A stretch of 64,000 nucleotides of DNA from Thermoproteota archaeon (GCA_027492205.1 JAOZFN010000009.1:64001-128000); one strand, 5' to 3'; shown: positions 47,392 through 57,036, numbered from the stretch's first letter. Numbers and translations are program-made. Notes: generated by a model not told the origin, from the sequence alone.

Positions 47392-47397
47392 AAAAAA
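47392..47397 (-). terminator. oligo-T terminator closing the AOR operon
   Basis: T6 about 18 nt after the stop at 47415. Confidence 0.5.
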
Positions 47398-47414
47398 GGT
47401 AACATTGATGAGGA

Positions 47415-49364
47415 TCACGGCGGAATCCTGATTCCCCTCCTCTCAAGCTCTTCTGCCTCCCCCGTCAGCCCCAGCTCATCCAACCTCGCTCTCCTCGGGA
47501 TCCCCGTCTCAACGTCCCAATTTCTGTACTGGTAGTACTCGTCGAGCATCTGGTCGAGCTCCACCACCTGCCCCTTGGCGGGCCCTCTCGGCATCGGCTC
47601 CTTGGTGAACCTCTCCGGCAGCGAGTCGTCCTTCCTGGTCAGCCCCTCCCTCACGTTAAACAGCCTCTGGAGGTTCACGATCCTGGCGCCGATTAGCCTT
47701 AGGTCGGCCTCCGTGTACTTCTTCCCGGTCACCAGCGTCAGGGCCTCCGCCAGGTCCGGGTAGAAGAAGACCGGCGGGATTATGGTGCCGTACTTGCACA
47801 CGCCCACGGCCTCGACCACGGCCCCGAAGTCCTCCAGCTCCGCCACCATGATGCCCTTGTACTTGGGGTTCAGCCTGTCCGTCATCTCGGGGAGGTACTG
47901 CTCTCCGAACCTCTCGACTATGTCCTTCTCGAAGCCCACCTCGTCCAGCACCGGGAACGCGTAGAGGTGGTCAGCGCCCCTGTTGGAGGTAGCGTGAGCC
48001 AGCCCCATGCTCTTCTGGGCCCTGCCGTCCTGCGCAGCTATCTCCATCTTCTTCACGTGCATCGCGTACTTCTCGGTTCCCCTCCCGATCTTCTTGGCGG
48101 CCCGGTAGACGCCTTCGGCCAGTAGGTCCCCGAAGCCCTTCCTAAGGGCGATCATCTCGATCAGCTGGACTATCAGCTCAGGGTCTCCCCACTCGAGCTC
48201 CAGACCTCCGGTGTCCTCCTTGGTCAAGAGGCCGTTCTCCCAGCACTCCATGGCCCAAGCTATGACCCCTCCGGCGGATATGACGTCCATCCCGTAAAGG
48301 TTGCACAGGTGGTTGGCGTAGATCAGGGCCTCTAGGTCGCTGTTCCCCACGTTGGCCCCCAGCGCGTCCAGACCCTCGTACTCGGGCCCCTTACCTATCA
48401 TGGCGTACTTGCCGGAGGGCACTCGGACGAACCGGCCGCACCTCTGATAGCAGGCGAAGTCTGCCTTTGGCTTGAGCAGGTACTCCCTCGTCACCCTCTC
48501 CCCGGAGATCTTCTCCCACTCGTCGAACACGCCCTCCCTGTGGTTGTACGCCGGCAGCCTGCCTATGGCCTGCATGAGCTCAACCAGGCTGTTGGTGCCG
48601 TACTTCACCCTGTCCGGCGTGAATGGGTGGGCGAGCATCCTCTTGCCGTATTCGATCATGGTCTCGTAGAACTCGTCGGGCCTGGCCACCTTGATGGGTC
48701 TGTACCCCCTGGCCGCGATGGCCTTGAGCCTCTTGGAGCCCATGACGGCGCCGATGCCGGCCCTGGCCGCGGCCCTGCCGTGGTCGTTGAAGACGCCGGC
48801 AAACCTCACCAGGTTCTCCCCAGCCTGCCCTATCAGCGCCGCCTTGACCTGCCTGTCTCCGATCTCCTCCTTGATCATCTCCTCCGCTTCGTAGGTCGTC
48901 CTCCCCCACAGGTGGCTGGCGTCCTTTATCTCGGCCTTCCCGTCCTCGATGTATATGTAGACCGGCTTGTCAGACCTGCCGGTGACCACGACCGCGTCGA
49001 ATCCGGCGAACTTGAGCTCGGCGCCGAAGTGCCCGGCGGCGTGGGCCTCGCCGTAGACGTCGGTGAGCGGGGACTTGGCGGCGACTATGTGCCTGCTGGC
49101 CTGAGGGAATATCGTCCCGGTGAGAACCCCCGTGGCCAGTATGAAGACGTTGTCCGGGCTGAACGGGTCCACCTCCGGTCCGACCAGGTCGAAGAGCCAC
49201 CTGGCCGCGAACCCCGTTCCCCCGAGGTAGTTCAGCGCCAGCTCCTCGTCCAGCGGCTTTGGCACGACCTTCTGTCTGCTCAGGTCGACCCAAAGGATTT
49301 GACCGGCCCAGCCGCCGTACTTCCCGGCAACTCCGATCGACCCCGAATCCATAATCACCTCCAC
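47415..49364 (-). CDS. aor: aldehyde:ferredoxin oxidoreductase family (W-pterin) protein, paralog 1
   Basis: KSPLT, GHFGAELKFAG, GAVMGSKRLKAI, GPEYE, YGMDVIS, RGADH, FNVREG..DDSLPERF; likely ATG 49352. Confidence 0.92.
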   Translation of the reverse strand: MEVIMDSGSIGVAGKYGGWAGQILWVDLSRQKVVPKPLDEELALNYLGGTGFAARWLFDLVGPEVDPFSPDNVFILATGVLTGTIFPQASRHIVAAKSPLTDVYGEAHAAGHFGAELKFAGFDAVVVTGRSDKPVYIYIEDGKAEIKDASHLWGRTTYEAEEMIKEEIGDRQVKAALIGQAGENLVRFAGVFNDHGRAAARAGIGAVMGSKRLKAIAARGYRPIKVARPDEFYETMIEYGKRMLAHPFTPDRVKYGTNSLVELMQAIGRLPAYNHREGVFDEWEKISGERVTREYLLKPKADFACYQRCGRFVRVPSGKYAMIGKGPEYEGLDALGANVGNSDLEALIYANHLCNLYGMDVISAGGVIAWAMECWENGLLTKEDTGGLELEWGDPELIVQLIEMIALRKGFGDLLAEGVYRAAKKIGRGTEKYAMHVKKMEIAAQDGRAQKSMGLAHATSNRGADHLYAFPVLDEVGFEKDIVERFGEQYLPEMTDRLNPKYKGIMVAELEDFGAVVEAVGVCKYGTIIPPVFFYPDLAEALTLVTGKKYTEADLRLIGARIVNLQRLFNVREGLTRKDDSLPERFTKEPMPRGPAKGQVVELDQMLDEYYQYRNWDVETGIPRRARLDELGLTGEAEELERRGIRIPP

Positions 49365-50713
49365 CTCCCCATCCTGACGAACTCCCCGTGGCCGGGGCGC
49401 CCGACGGGCTCGCCGTCCTGGGCCACGACCTCACCCCGTACGGTGACCAAGACGGGCCAGCCCCTAACGACGATCCCCTCGAAGGGCGTCCAGCCCACCT
49501 TGTAGTGGAGCCTGTCGGCCCTGATCTCGACCTCCAAGTTCTGGTCGTAGATGACGAGATCCGCATCGGACCCGGGGGCCAGCTCGCCCTTCTTGGGGTA
49601 CATCCCGAACGCCCTCGCCGGGTTGGCGCAGAGGGCCGCGCAGAGCACGGTGGGCGGTATCCCCCACCTGTGGAGCCCCTCGCTCATGGAGATCGGCAGC
49701 AGCGTCTCTACCCCGGGGATGCCGCCCCAGGCCTCCCATATGTCGTCCCAGCCGACCTCCTTCTCTTCCCTGGTGCCGGGGGCGTGGTCCGTGGCGATCA
49801 TGTCCACGCCGCCGGTGAGCAGGGCCTCCCAGAGCCCCCTGACGTCCTCCTTCGTCCTGAGGGGCGGGGTCATCTTGAGGTAGGGCCCCCACCTCCCCAC
49901 ATCGTCCTTCGTGAATACCAGGTAGTGGACGCACGTCTCCGAAGTCACCCTGAGCCCCCTGGCCTTGGCGTGGGCCACCAGCTCGGCCCCCCTGGCCGTG
50001 TTTATGTGGGCAACGTGGTAGTGCCCGCCCACCCTGGCCACTGACTCGATTATCCGGGCCACGGCGACGGCCTCGGCCTCGGGCGGCCTCGAGTCGTGGT
50101 GGGCCAGAGGGTCCTTCCTTCCCTCTACGTCTCTGACCCTGTGGACGCCCCTCTCCACAACTTGGTCGTCCTCCGAGTGGACGACAATCCTGCCACCAAG
50201 CTCGGACGCCCTGATCAGGAGTTCCTCTATGTAGTCGTAGCTGGCCAGGAAGGGCTTGGTGGTGAACGCCTTGAAGGAGAGGACGCCCATCTCCGCAAGC
50301 TCGGGCATCCTCCTCAGGTGCTCCTCGCTCGTCATCATGCCCGCGTGCAGGCTGAAGTCTACGAGGGACTCCCTCCCGCCCACCTCTATCTTCTGCCTGG
50401 CCAGCTCCGGCATGACTGTGAGCACCAGGGGCATGTCCATGAGCAGGGTAACGCCACCGGCAGCGGCGGCCTCGCTCCCGCTCTTCCAGTCCTCCCTGTG
50501 CGTGTAGTCCGGATCGTAGATGTGCGCGTGCGCGTCCATGGCCCCAGGCATCAGGATCTTCCCGTTGGCGTCTATAACCTGGGAGGCCTCTGGCAGGTGG
50601 GGATCCTTGGCCAGGGTCACGATCCTCCCGTCCTGGACGGCGACGCCGGCGCCCTCTATCATGAACTGGGAGGTCAGGACCCTGGCGCCCCGGATCACGA
50701 GGTCAACCGTCAT
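49355..50713 (-). CDS. cyclic amidohydrolase (allantoinase/dihydropyrimidinase/hydantoinase family)
   Basis: PGAMDAHAH, AAAAGGVT, SFKAF (carboxylated Lys), VHSED, HVAH, ETCVHYL, TPPLR, ATDHAP, GIPGVET. Confidence 0.9.
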   Translation of the reverse strand: MTVDLVIRGARVLTSQFMIEGAGVAVQDGRIVTLAKDPHLPEASQVIDANGKILMPGAMDAHAHIYDPDYTHREDWKSGSEAAAAGGVTLLMDMPLVLTVMPELARQKIEVGGRESLVDFSLHAGMMTSEEHLRRMPELAEMGVLSFKAFTTKPFLASYDYIEELLIRASELGGRIVVHSEDDQVVERGVHRVRDVEGRKDPLAHHDSRPPEAEAVAVARIIESVARVGGHYHVAHINTARGAELVAHAKARGLRVTSETCVHYLVFTKDDVGRWGPYLKMTPPLRTKEDVRGLWEALLTGGVDMIATDHAPGTREEKEVGWDDIWEAWGGIPGVETLLPISMSEGLHRWGIPPTVLCAALCANPARAFGMYPKKGELAPGSDADLVIYDQNLEVEIRADRLHYKVGWTPFEGIVVRGWPVLVTVRGEVVAQDGEPVGRPGHGEFVRMGRWR

Positions 50714-52677
50714 CCGGCCTCTCCTACCCCTCCCTCGCCCTCAGGGGGCCGCTCACTCCTGGGCAGCTTACCGAGGCGCTCCAGCTCGGCGGCGACGTCC
50801 TCCAAGCCGAGTTCCACGAGCTTCTCCCTCGTGGGCAGCCCGGTCTTGAGATCCCACCCCCTCAGGGTGTAGTACTCGTCGAGCATCACGTCCAGGTTAA
50901 CGACCTGTCCCTTCGCTGGCCCGGCCGGCATCGGCTCCTTGGTGAACCTCTCCGGGAGGGTGTCGTCCCTTCTCGTTATCCCGAGCCTGACGTTGAAAGC
51001 CCTCTTGAGGTTGTTTATCCTCTCTCCGATCACCCACATCTCCCTGACGTCCTTAAAGGCCTCCTCTCCCGTGACCAGGTAGGCCAACCTGGCGAAGTCG
51101 TCCATCCAGAATATCGGCGGCCAGCCTACCGTGTACCAGCACACTATGAGCGAGTCCCTCACCGCGTAGGCGTCCTCGTGCATCTTCACGGCCAGACCCT
51201 TGTACGCCTCGGAGTACCCGTTGACCACGCCCTCGACCTTGTCCTCGCCAAACCTCTCCCTGGCAGTGTCCCAGTAGGCGAGCTGGTCCACGGTCACGAG
51301 GGACCTCATGTGGTCCGCGCCCCTGGCCGACACCGCGTGCGTCAGGCCGGCGGACCTGTGGGCCCTGCCGTCCTGGCCGGAGATCTCCAAGCCCTTGACG
51401 TGCATCGCGTACTTCTCGGCGCCCCTGCCGATCCTCTGGGCCATGGCCCTGACGCCCTCGGCCATCAGGTCCCCGAAGCCCTTCCTGAACACGATCATGT
51501 CGAGGGCCTCGAGCATGGCGTGGTAGTCCCCCCACCTGAGCTCGAAGCCCCCGGTGTCGTCCTTCGTTAAGATACCCTTCTCGAAGAGCTCCATCACGAA
51601 GGACATAGTCTTTCCAGCGGATATGACGTCGACTCCGTACTTGTTGCACAGCAGGTTTAGCCTGAGGATGGCGGGGAGGTTGTCGCACATGGCGCTGGAG
51701 CCGAAGGCGAAGACGGCCTCGTACTCGGGCCCCCCGGTGAAGGTGCCAGCGAACTCGCCCGCCCTCACGAGGTGCTTCTTCTTGCAGGCCGTGCTGCAGC
51801 CGAAGCAGGACTTAGTAGCCACCCAATACTTCTCTCTGAGCGTCTCGGCGTCTATGGAGTGGTAGCGGTCGAACACGCCCACCCAGTGGTTCTTCGTCGG
51901 GAGTTCGCCGATGGCCTGCTTAACCGCCACGAGCATGGGGGTGCCGAACCTCCTGAGCTCCATGGCCTGGTCCGACTCCAGGACCCTCCTGTGCCCCTCT
52001 AGGGCGAACTCGTAGAACTCGTCCGGGTGGGCCACCTCGACTGCCCCGAATCCCCTCACAGCAATGGCCTTGAGCCTCTTGGAGCCCATGACGGCGCCCA
52101 TGCCGGTCCTGCCGAACGCGTCGTGGTAGTTGGTGATTATGGCGGCGTACTTCACCAGGTTCTCGCCGGCCTGGCCGATGCTGGCCACCTGCACCGCCGG
52201 GTCCCCGAGCTCCTCCCTGATCATCTCGGTGGTCTCGTAGGTGTCCTTCCCCCACAGGTGGCTGGCGTCCCTGATCTCCACCTTTCCGTCATAGATGGAG
52301 AGGTAGACGGGCTTGCTCGACGCCCCCTCTACCACGATCATGTCGTAGCCAGCGTACTTGATCTCGGGCCCGAAGTGCCCGCCGGAGTGGGCCTCTCCCC
52401 ATATCCCGGTGAGCGGGGACTTGGACACCGCGACGACCCTGCCCGAGGTGTGCCATATGGTGCCCGTCACCGGACCCGTGGCTACGATCAGCTTGTTGTC
52501 CGGGCCCAGCGGGTTGACCCCCGGACCGACCTCCTCCCAGAGGAGCCTAGCCGCCATGCCGTCGCCGCCGAGGTACTTGCGGGCCCACTCCTTGGGAGTG
52601 TTCACCTCCCTGATCTTGCCTGAGGTGAGGTCGACCCGCAGTATCTTGCCCGCGTACCCCTTGTACGGGAACCGCAA
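50710..52677 (-). CDS. aor: aldehyde:ferredoxin oxidoreductase family (W-pterin) protein, paralog 2
   Basis: GYAGKILRVDLT, KSPLTG, GAVMGSKRLKAI, CFGCSTAC, GPEYE, RGADH. Confidence 0.92.
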   Translation of the reverse strand: MRFPYKGYAGKILRVDLTSGKIREVNTPKEWARKYLGGDGMAARLLWEEVGPGVNPLGPDNKLIVATGPVTGTIWHTSGRVVAVSKSPLTGIWGEAHSGGHFGPEIKYAGYDMIVVEGASSKPVYLSIYDGKVEIRDASHLWGKDTYETTEMIREELGDPAVQVASIGQAGENLVKYAAIITNYHDAFGRTGMGAVMGSKRLKAIAVRGFGAVEVAHPDEFYEFALEGHRRVLESDQAMELRRFGTPMLVAVKQAIGELPTKNHWVGVFDRYHSIDAETLREKYWVATKSCFGCSTACKKKHLVRAGEFAGTFTGGPEYEAVFAFGSSAMCDNLPAILRLNLLCNKYGVDVISAGKTMSFVMELFEKGILTKDDTGGFELRWGDYHAMLEALDMIVFRKGFGDLMAEGVRAMAQRIGRGAEKYAMHVKGLEISGQDGRAHRSAGLTHAVSARGADHMRSLVTVDQLAYWDTARERFGEDKVEGVVNGYSEAYKGLAVKMHEDAYAVRDSLIVCWYTVGWPPIFWMDDFARLAYLVTGEEAFKDVREMWVIGERINNLKRAFNVRLGITRRDDTLPERFTKEPMPAGPAKGQVVNLDVMLDEYYTLRGWDLKTGLPTREKLVELGLEDVAAELERLGKLPRSERPPEGEGGVGEAG

Positions 52678-52680
52678 CCC

Positions 52681-53184
52681 TCACACCCCTGCCCTCTTCG
52701 GGGCCATCAGGTTCTGGGCCACCTCCTGCATCCTGAGGGCGACCATCCTCCTCTTGGTGTCGTCGGCCTGGTCGGCCCTGACCCACTTGATGGCGCCCGT
52801 GGGGCAGATCCTGGCGCACTGCGGGTCTCCGCCGCACCAGTCGCACTTCAGTATGCTGTTGGTCTCGGCGTCCCACCCCACGCCGCCGAACGGGCAGGCG
52901 GTGATGCAGGACTTGCATCCAATGCACCTCTCGGCCTCGTATACCACGAGCCCGGACTCCTCGTCCTTCCACAGCGCGCTGGTCGGGCACGCCGCGACGC
53001 ACGGCGCGTCGTCGCACTGGAGGCACGTGACGGGAACGTCGAGTCCGCGGTCCTCGAACTTCACCACCGTGATCCTAGACCTGGAGGGCTGGATCACACG
53101 GTAGTGATGGAAGGAGCAGGCCCCCTCGCAGAGCCTGCACCCGGTGCACAGCTCGGGCGTTATCAGCAACATCATCTGGGCCAC
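52681..53184 (-). CDS. 4x[4Fe-4S] polyferredoxin electron-transfer subunit
   Basis: CTGCRLCEGAC, CLQCDDAPCVAACP, CIGCKSCITACP, KCDWCGGDPQCARICP; GTG 53184 after GGAGGTG. Confidence 0.9.
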   Translation of the reverse strand: MAQMMLLITPELCTGCRLCEGACSFHHYRVIQPSRSRITVVKFEDRGLDVPVTCLQCDDAPCVAACPTSALWKDEESGLVVYEAERCIGCKSCITACPFGGVGWDAETNSILKCDWCGGDPQCARICPTGAIKWVRADQADDTKRRMVALRMQEVAQNLMAPKRAGV

Positions 53185-53228
53185 AAAAACCACCTCCCAA
53201 CCCATTTCGCCTACCTCGCGGGACAAGG

Positions 53229-53234
53229 AAAAAA
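53229..53234 (-). terminator. oligo-T tract immediately after the preA-like gene
   Basis: TGA followed by ATTTTTT on the minus strand. Confidence 0.35.
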
Positions 53235-53235
53235 T

Positions 53236-54423
53236 TCAGGAGGGCGGGAAGGTAACCGCCCTGACGGGGCAGATGCTCACGCAGACGCCGCAGCCGTAGC
53301 AGGCGTACTGATCCACGACTGCCGTCTTCTTGCCGCCCCCTCCCTCTACCCTGATGGCGTTGTACCTGCAGGCCTGCTCGCAGATGCCGCAGGCGGTGCA
53401 CTTCTCCGGGTCCACCACCGGGTTCCGGACCTCGTAGTTGGGCTCCTCCCTCATGTGCTTCAGGGCGATGCCCCTGATGTCCTCCACCGAGTCGTAGCCG
53501 TGCTCCTCTAGCCACTTCGCTATCTCCCTGGCCACCCTGCCGTAGATCCCCGGGCCCTCGATTATGGCGCCGGTGCAGATCTGCACGGCCGAGGCGCCGG
53601 CCATGAAGTACTCTATGGCGTCCTCTCCCTTCGTGACGCCGCCCACCCCTATCACCGGCAGGTTCGTGTTCCTCGCGACCTCTGCAACCACTCTCACTCC
53701 CAGCGGCTTGATCGCCGGGCCGGAGAGCCAGCCGTAGCCGTACTTCCCGCCGAGCATAGGCTTGCCCTCCTCTATGTCGATGTGCAGCGTCGGTCCCAGC
53801 GAGTTTACCGCCACGATCCCGTCTACGCCTATCTTCTCCAGCTCCTTGGCGAACTCGGGCAGGTTGAGGATGTGCGGGCTCAGCTTCGCGAATATCGGGA
53901 TGTCAACCGCCTCCCTCAGGGCCTTGGCGATCTCCAAGATGGGCTTGTAGTCTACCCCCACGTAGTGGAGGGAGAACTCTATGCCGTCCACGCCCGCCTC
54001 CTGCACCTTCTTACCGAGGAAGCTGACCTCCTCGGCCGTGTACCCTATGCTGGCTATCAGGGGTAGGCCGGAGCTCTTGGCCAGCCTGTACTCAACGTCG
54101 AGCCAGCGCTGGTAGGGCAGGTCCGACCAGAGCTCGGTGTTCAGGAGGCCCCTCGGCATGAAGAGCTTGGTCCTGGTCCTCCTGACGATCCTCCCCCCCG
54201 CGGCGTAGAACACGTCGAAGTCGGTGAACCCCCTGTCCAGGACCACCATGGTGGGCCTTGGAACCTTGGCGGGCTCAACGCTGATGGTCTTGGCCACGAG
54301 CCCGCCAACCCCTGCCCTGGCCGCCGCGAGCAGGGCGGCCGCGTTCTGGCTGGGCGGTCCGGCGGCCGTGAGCACGGGGTTCCTGAACCTGATTCCGGCG
54401 ACCTCAACCGTCAGGTCCACCAT
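53236..54423 (-). CDS. dihydropyrimidine dehydrogenase PreA / dihydroorotate dehydrogenase family flavoprotein with C-terminal 2x[4Fe-4S] domain
   Basis: FRNPVLTAAGP, VAKT, LNTELWS, FAKLSP, VNSL, LSGPAIKP, IGVGGV, GASAVQIC, two ferredoxin motifs. Confidence 0.85.
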   Translation of the reverse strand: MVDLTVEVAGIRFRNPVLTAAGPPSQNAAALLAAARAGVGGLVAKTISVEPAKVPRPTMVVLDRGFTDFDVFYAAGGRIVRRTRTKLFMPRGLLNTELWSDLPYQRWLDVEYRLAKSSGLPLIASIGYTAEEVSFLGKKVQEAGVDGIEFSLHYVGVDYKPILEIAKALREAVDIPIFAKLSPHILNLPEFAKELEKIGVDGIVAVNSLGPTLHIDIEEGKPMLGGKYGYGWLSGPAIKPLGVRVVAEVARNTNLPVIGVGGVTKGEDAIEYFMAGASAVQICTGAIIEGPGIYGRVAREIAKWLEEHGYDSVEDIRGIALKHMREEPNYEVRNPVVDPEKCTACGICEQACRYNAIRVEGGGGKKTAVVDQYACYGCGVCVSICPVRAVTFPPS

Positions 54424-54428
54424 CGTGC

Positions 54429-56363
54429 TCACCTCCACCTACCGGCCAGCTCGCCTAGGCCGAGTTCCCTCAGGGTCTCGTCCTTGGGCACGCCTGTCTC
54501 CTTGTCTATGCCGGCGGCCTCGTAGTAGTCGTCCAGCATCTCGTGGAGCCTGCAGACGTGGCCCTTCGCCGGTCCGGTGGGCATGGGCTCTTTCAGGAAC
54601 CTATCTGGGAGCGTGTCGTCCTTCCTCCTGAGTCCCTCCCTCACGTTGAACATCCTCCTATGGATGGCTATCCTCTTGGCTATCCTCTTGACCTCGTTGG
54701 GGTCGCCGAACTCCGCTATGCCCGTGGCCGCGGCGGCGGCCCTGGCCATGTCGGGGTAGTAGAAGACGGGCGGCCAGCCGACCTCGTACCAGCATATTAT
54801 CAGGGAGTTGCCAAGCGCGTAGAGCATCTCAAGGTCCCAGACGAGCCAGCCCTTGTACCTGGTAGATTGGGGATCCACTAGATCCTTCACCTTGTCTGCA
54901 CCGTACCTCTCCGCGGCCACCTGCTCGTACCCCCTCTCCTCGAGGCAGGAGAGCGAGGTGAGGTGGTCGGCCCCCCTGGCGGCCGTCGCGTGCGTCAGCC
55001 CGGAGGACTGGTGGGCCCTGCCGTCTTGGGCGGAGATCTCGTTGCCCTTAACGTGCATCGCGAACCTCTCGGTCCCCCTGCCTATGATCTCGGAGGCCCT
55101 CTTGCTCCCCTCCGCTATCATGTTCCCGAACCCCTCTCTGAAGGCCGTCTTCTTCACCAGCTCGACCATGGCCTCCGCGTTGCCCCAGCTCAGGTCAAGT
55201 CCTCCCGTTTCCTCCTTCGTCAACAGGCCGTGCTCCCAGCTCTCCATGGCCCACGCAATCGTCATTCCCAGAGAGATCGAGTCCATCCCGTAGAGGTCGG
55301 CCAGGTGGTTGGCGTAGAAGACCGCCTCGACATCCTCGACGAGCAGGCTGGACCCAAACGACACCAGGGCCTCGTACTCAGGTCCCTTGTAGATCCCGGC
55401 GTAGGGCTCCTTCCTCGACCTCACGAAGTACTTGCACTGCACCAGGCAGCCGAAGCAGCTGGCCTGCTTGACCCTGAACTCCTCCCTGATCCTCTCCCCC
55501 CCAATGAGGTGCGCCTTCTCCCAGTAGCCGGTCCAGTGGTTCTTGACCGGCATCCTCCCCATGGCGTTTATGGCCTCTACCAGGTTTGGCGTCCCGTACT
55601 TGGTGAGCGTCTCCTTCAGCGCGTCGCCCCAGTCCACCAGGAGCTTCCTGTATGCGTCATCGACGACCTCCATGAAGAGCTCGGGCTTCGCGACCCGAAC
55701 CCCCCTGCTCCCCCTTACGGCTATGGCCTTGAGCCTCTTGGAGCCCATGACCGCGCCCATGCCCGTCCGGCCGGCCGCGTTGCCGAGGTCGTTGATGATG
55801 GAGGCGAACCTCACCGTGTTCTCTCCGGCCGGGCCGATGGCCGCGACCTTGAACGTCTCGTCCCCGAGCTCCTCCCTGATCATCTGTATGGTCTCGAAGG
55901 TCGTCTTCCCGCCGTAGAACCTACCGTTCCTCTCCTCGCCCCAGAGGTGGCTGGCGTCCCTCAGCTCGACGAGGTCGTCGTCGATGACCAGGTAGACCGG
56001 CCTCTCCGCCCTGCCCTGTATCACGATGAAGTCGTATCCTGCGAACTTGAGCTCGGGGCCGAAGAATCCGCCGGCGTTGGCGTGACCCCAGATCCCTGTG
56101 AGGGGCGACTTGGCGTTCACCTGGTACCTCCCCGCCGCCGGGAACATGGTGCCGGTCAGGGGGCCCGTGGAGATGACGAGCCTGTTGTCCGGCCCGAGCG
56201 GGTCCGTGTGCTCGTCCACCTCGTCCCAGAGTATCTTGACCGCGAACCCCAGACCGCCCAGGTAGTTTCTGATGAGCTCCTTCGGGGTCTCCTTTACCCA
56301 GACCTTCCCGGACGAGAGATCCACCCTCAGGTACCGCCCCGCGTATCCGCCCAACTCCACCAC
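54429..56363 (-). CDS. aor: aldehyde:ferredoxin oxidoreductase family (W-pterin) protein, paralog 3
   Basis: GYAGRYLRVDLS, KSPLTG, GAVMGSKRLKAI, CFGCLVQC, GPEYE, RGADH. Confidence 0.92.
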   Translation of the reverse strand: MVELGGYAGRYLRVDLSSGKVWVKETPKELIRNYLGGLGFAVKILWDEVDEHTDPLGPDNRLVISTGPLTGTMFPAAGRYQVNAKSPLTGIWGHANAGGFFGPELKFAGYDFIVIQGRAERPVYLVIDDDLVELRDASHLWGEERNGRFYGGKTTFETIQMIREELGDETFKVAAIGPAGENTVRFASIINDLGNAAGRTGMGAVMGSKRLKAIAVRGSRGVRVAKPELFMEVVDDAYRKLLVDWGDALKETLTKYGTPNLVEAINAMGRMPVKNHWTGYWEKAHLIGGERIREEFRVKQASCFGCLVQCKYFVRSRKEPYAGIYKGPEYEALVSFGSSLLVEDVEAVFYANHLADLYGMDSISLGMTIAWAMESWEHGLLTKEETGGLDLSWGNAEAMVELVKKTAFREGFGNMIAEGSKRASEIIGRGTERFAMHVKGNEISAQDGRAHQSSGLTHATAARGADHLTSLSCLEERGYEQVAAERYGADKVKDLVDPQSTRYKGWLVWDLEMLYALGNSLIICWYEVGWPPVFYYPDMARAAAAATGIAEFGDPNEVKRIAKRIAIHRRMFNVREGLRRKDDTLPDRFLKEPMPTGPAKGHVCRLHEMLDDYYEAAGIDKETGVPKDETLRELGLGELAGRWR

Positions 56364-56366
56364 GCA

Positions 56367-56861
56367 TCACCCCTGGGGGACTATCAGTGAGATCAGCCTG
56401 GCGGACCTCTGGGCCCCGTCCACCTTCTTCTGGTAGCCAACCTGGTCGGCCCTGACCCACTTGATGGCGCCCGTGGGGCACCTCCTGGCGCACTGCGGGT
56501 CTCCGCCGCAGAGGTCGCACTTCACCACCTGGAAGGTCACCGGGTCCACCTGAATGCCGCCGAACGGGCAGGCGTTGAGGCACTGCTTGCACTCTATGCA
56601 CTTGGACTTGTCGAGGAAGACGGCGTTGCCGAACTGGTATAGGGCGCCGGTCGGGCAGGCCTCGACGCAGAGGGGCTTGCCGCAGTGCTGGCAGGTCATG
56701 GGGATGAAGACGCCCTCGAAGTCATTCCTCAGGACCTGTATGTAAGATCGCCTGGGGTTGAACTCGCCGTAGTGATGGAAGGAGCAGGCCTCTTCACAAA
56801 TCCTGCACCCGGTGCACTTGTCGGGGTCTATTACCAAGAGGTTCTGAACCCCCTCAACCAT
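56367..56861 (-). CDS. 4x[4Fe-4S] polyferredoxin electron-transfer subunit
   Basis: CTGCRICEEAC, CQHCGKPLCVEACP, CIECKQCLNACP, KCDLCGGDPQCARRCP; ATG 56861 after GGTGA. Confidence 0.9.
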   Translation of the reverse strand: MVEGVQNLLVIDPDKCTGCRICEEACSFHHYGEFNPRRSYIQVLRNDFEGVFIPMTCQHCGKPLCVEACPTGALYQFGNAVFLDKSKCIECKQCLNACPFGGIQVDPVTFQVVKCDLCGGDPQCARRCPTGAIKWVRADQVGYQKKVDGAQRSARLISLIVPQG

Positions 56862-57036
56862 GTGATCACCGCCAGCCCTGAATGGGCCGAACAAGGGGCT
56901 CCCACAGAGACCAAATAAATCATGGGATGGGAATTCGAATTCAGAACGTTATCCTCTCTGGGTATATCGAGTCAGGGGCAATGGAAAGGGCGCCATCTGA
57001 TAGAGCGGAGCTTGAGGAGAGGGCGGTTATCGCGAG

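Noticed and set aside
48718-55751. 29-35 nt identical stretches in the three AOR genes (48718, 52064, 55723)
   Set aside because: They encode the invariant GAVMGSKRLKAI motif with preferred codons, so protein constraint suffices.
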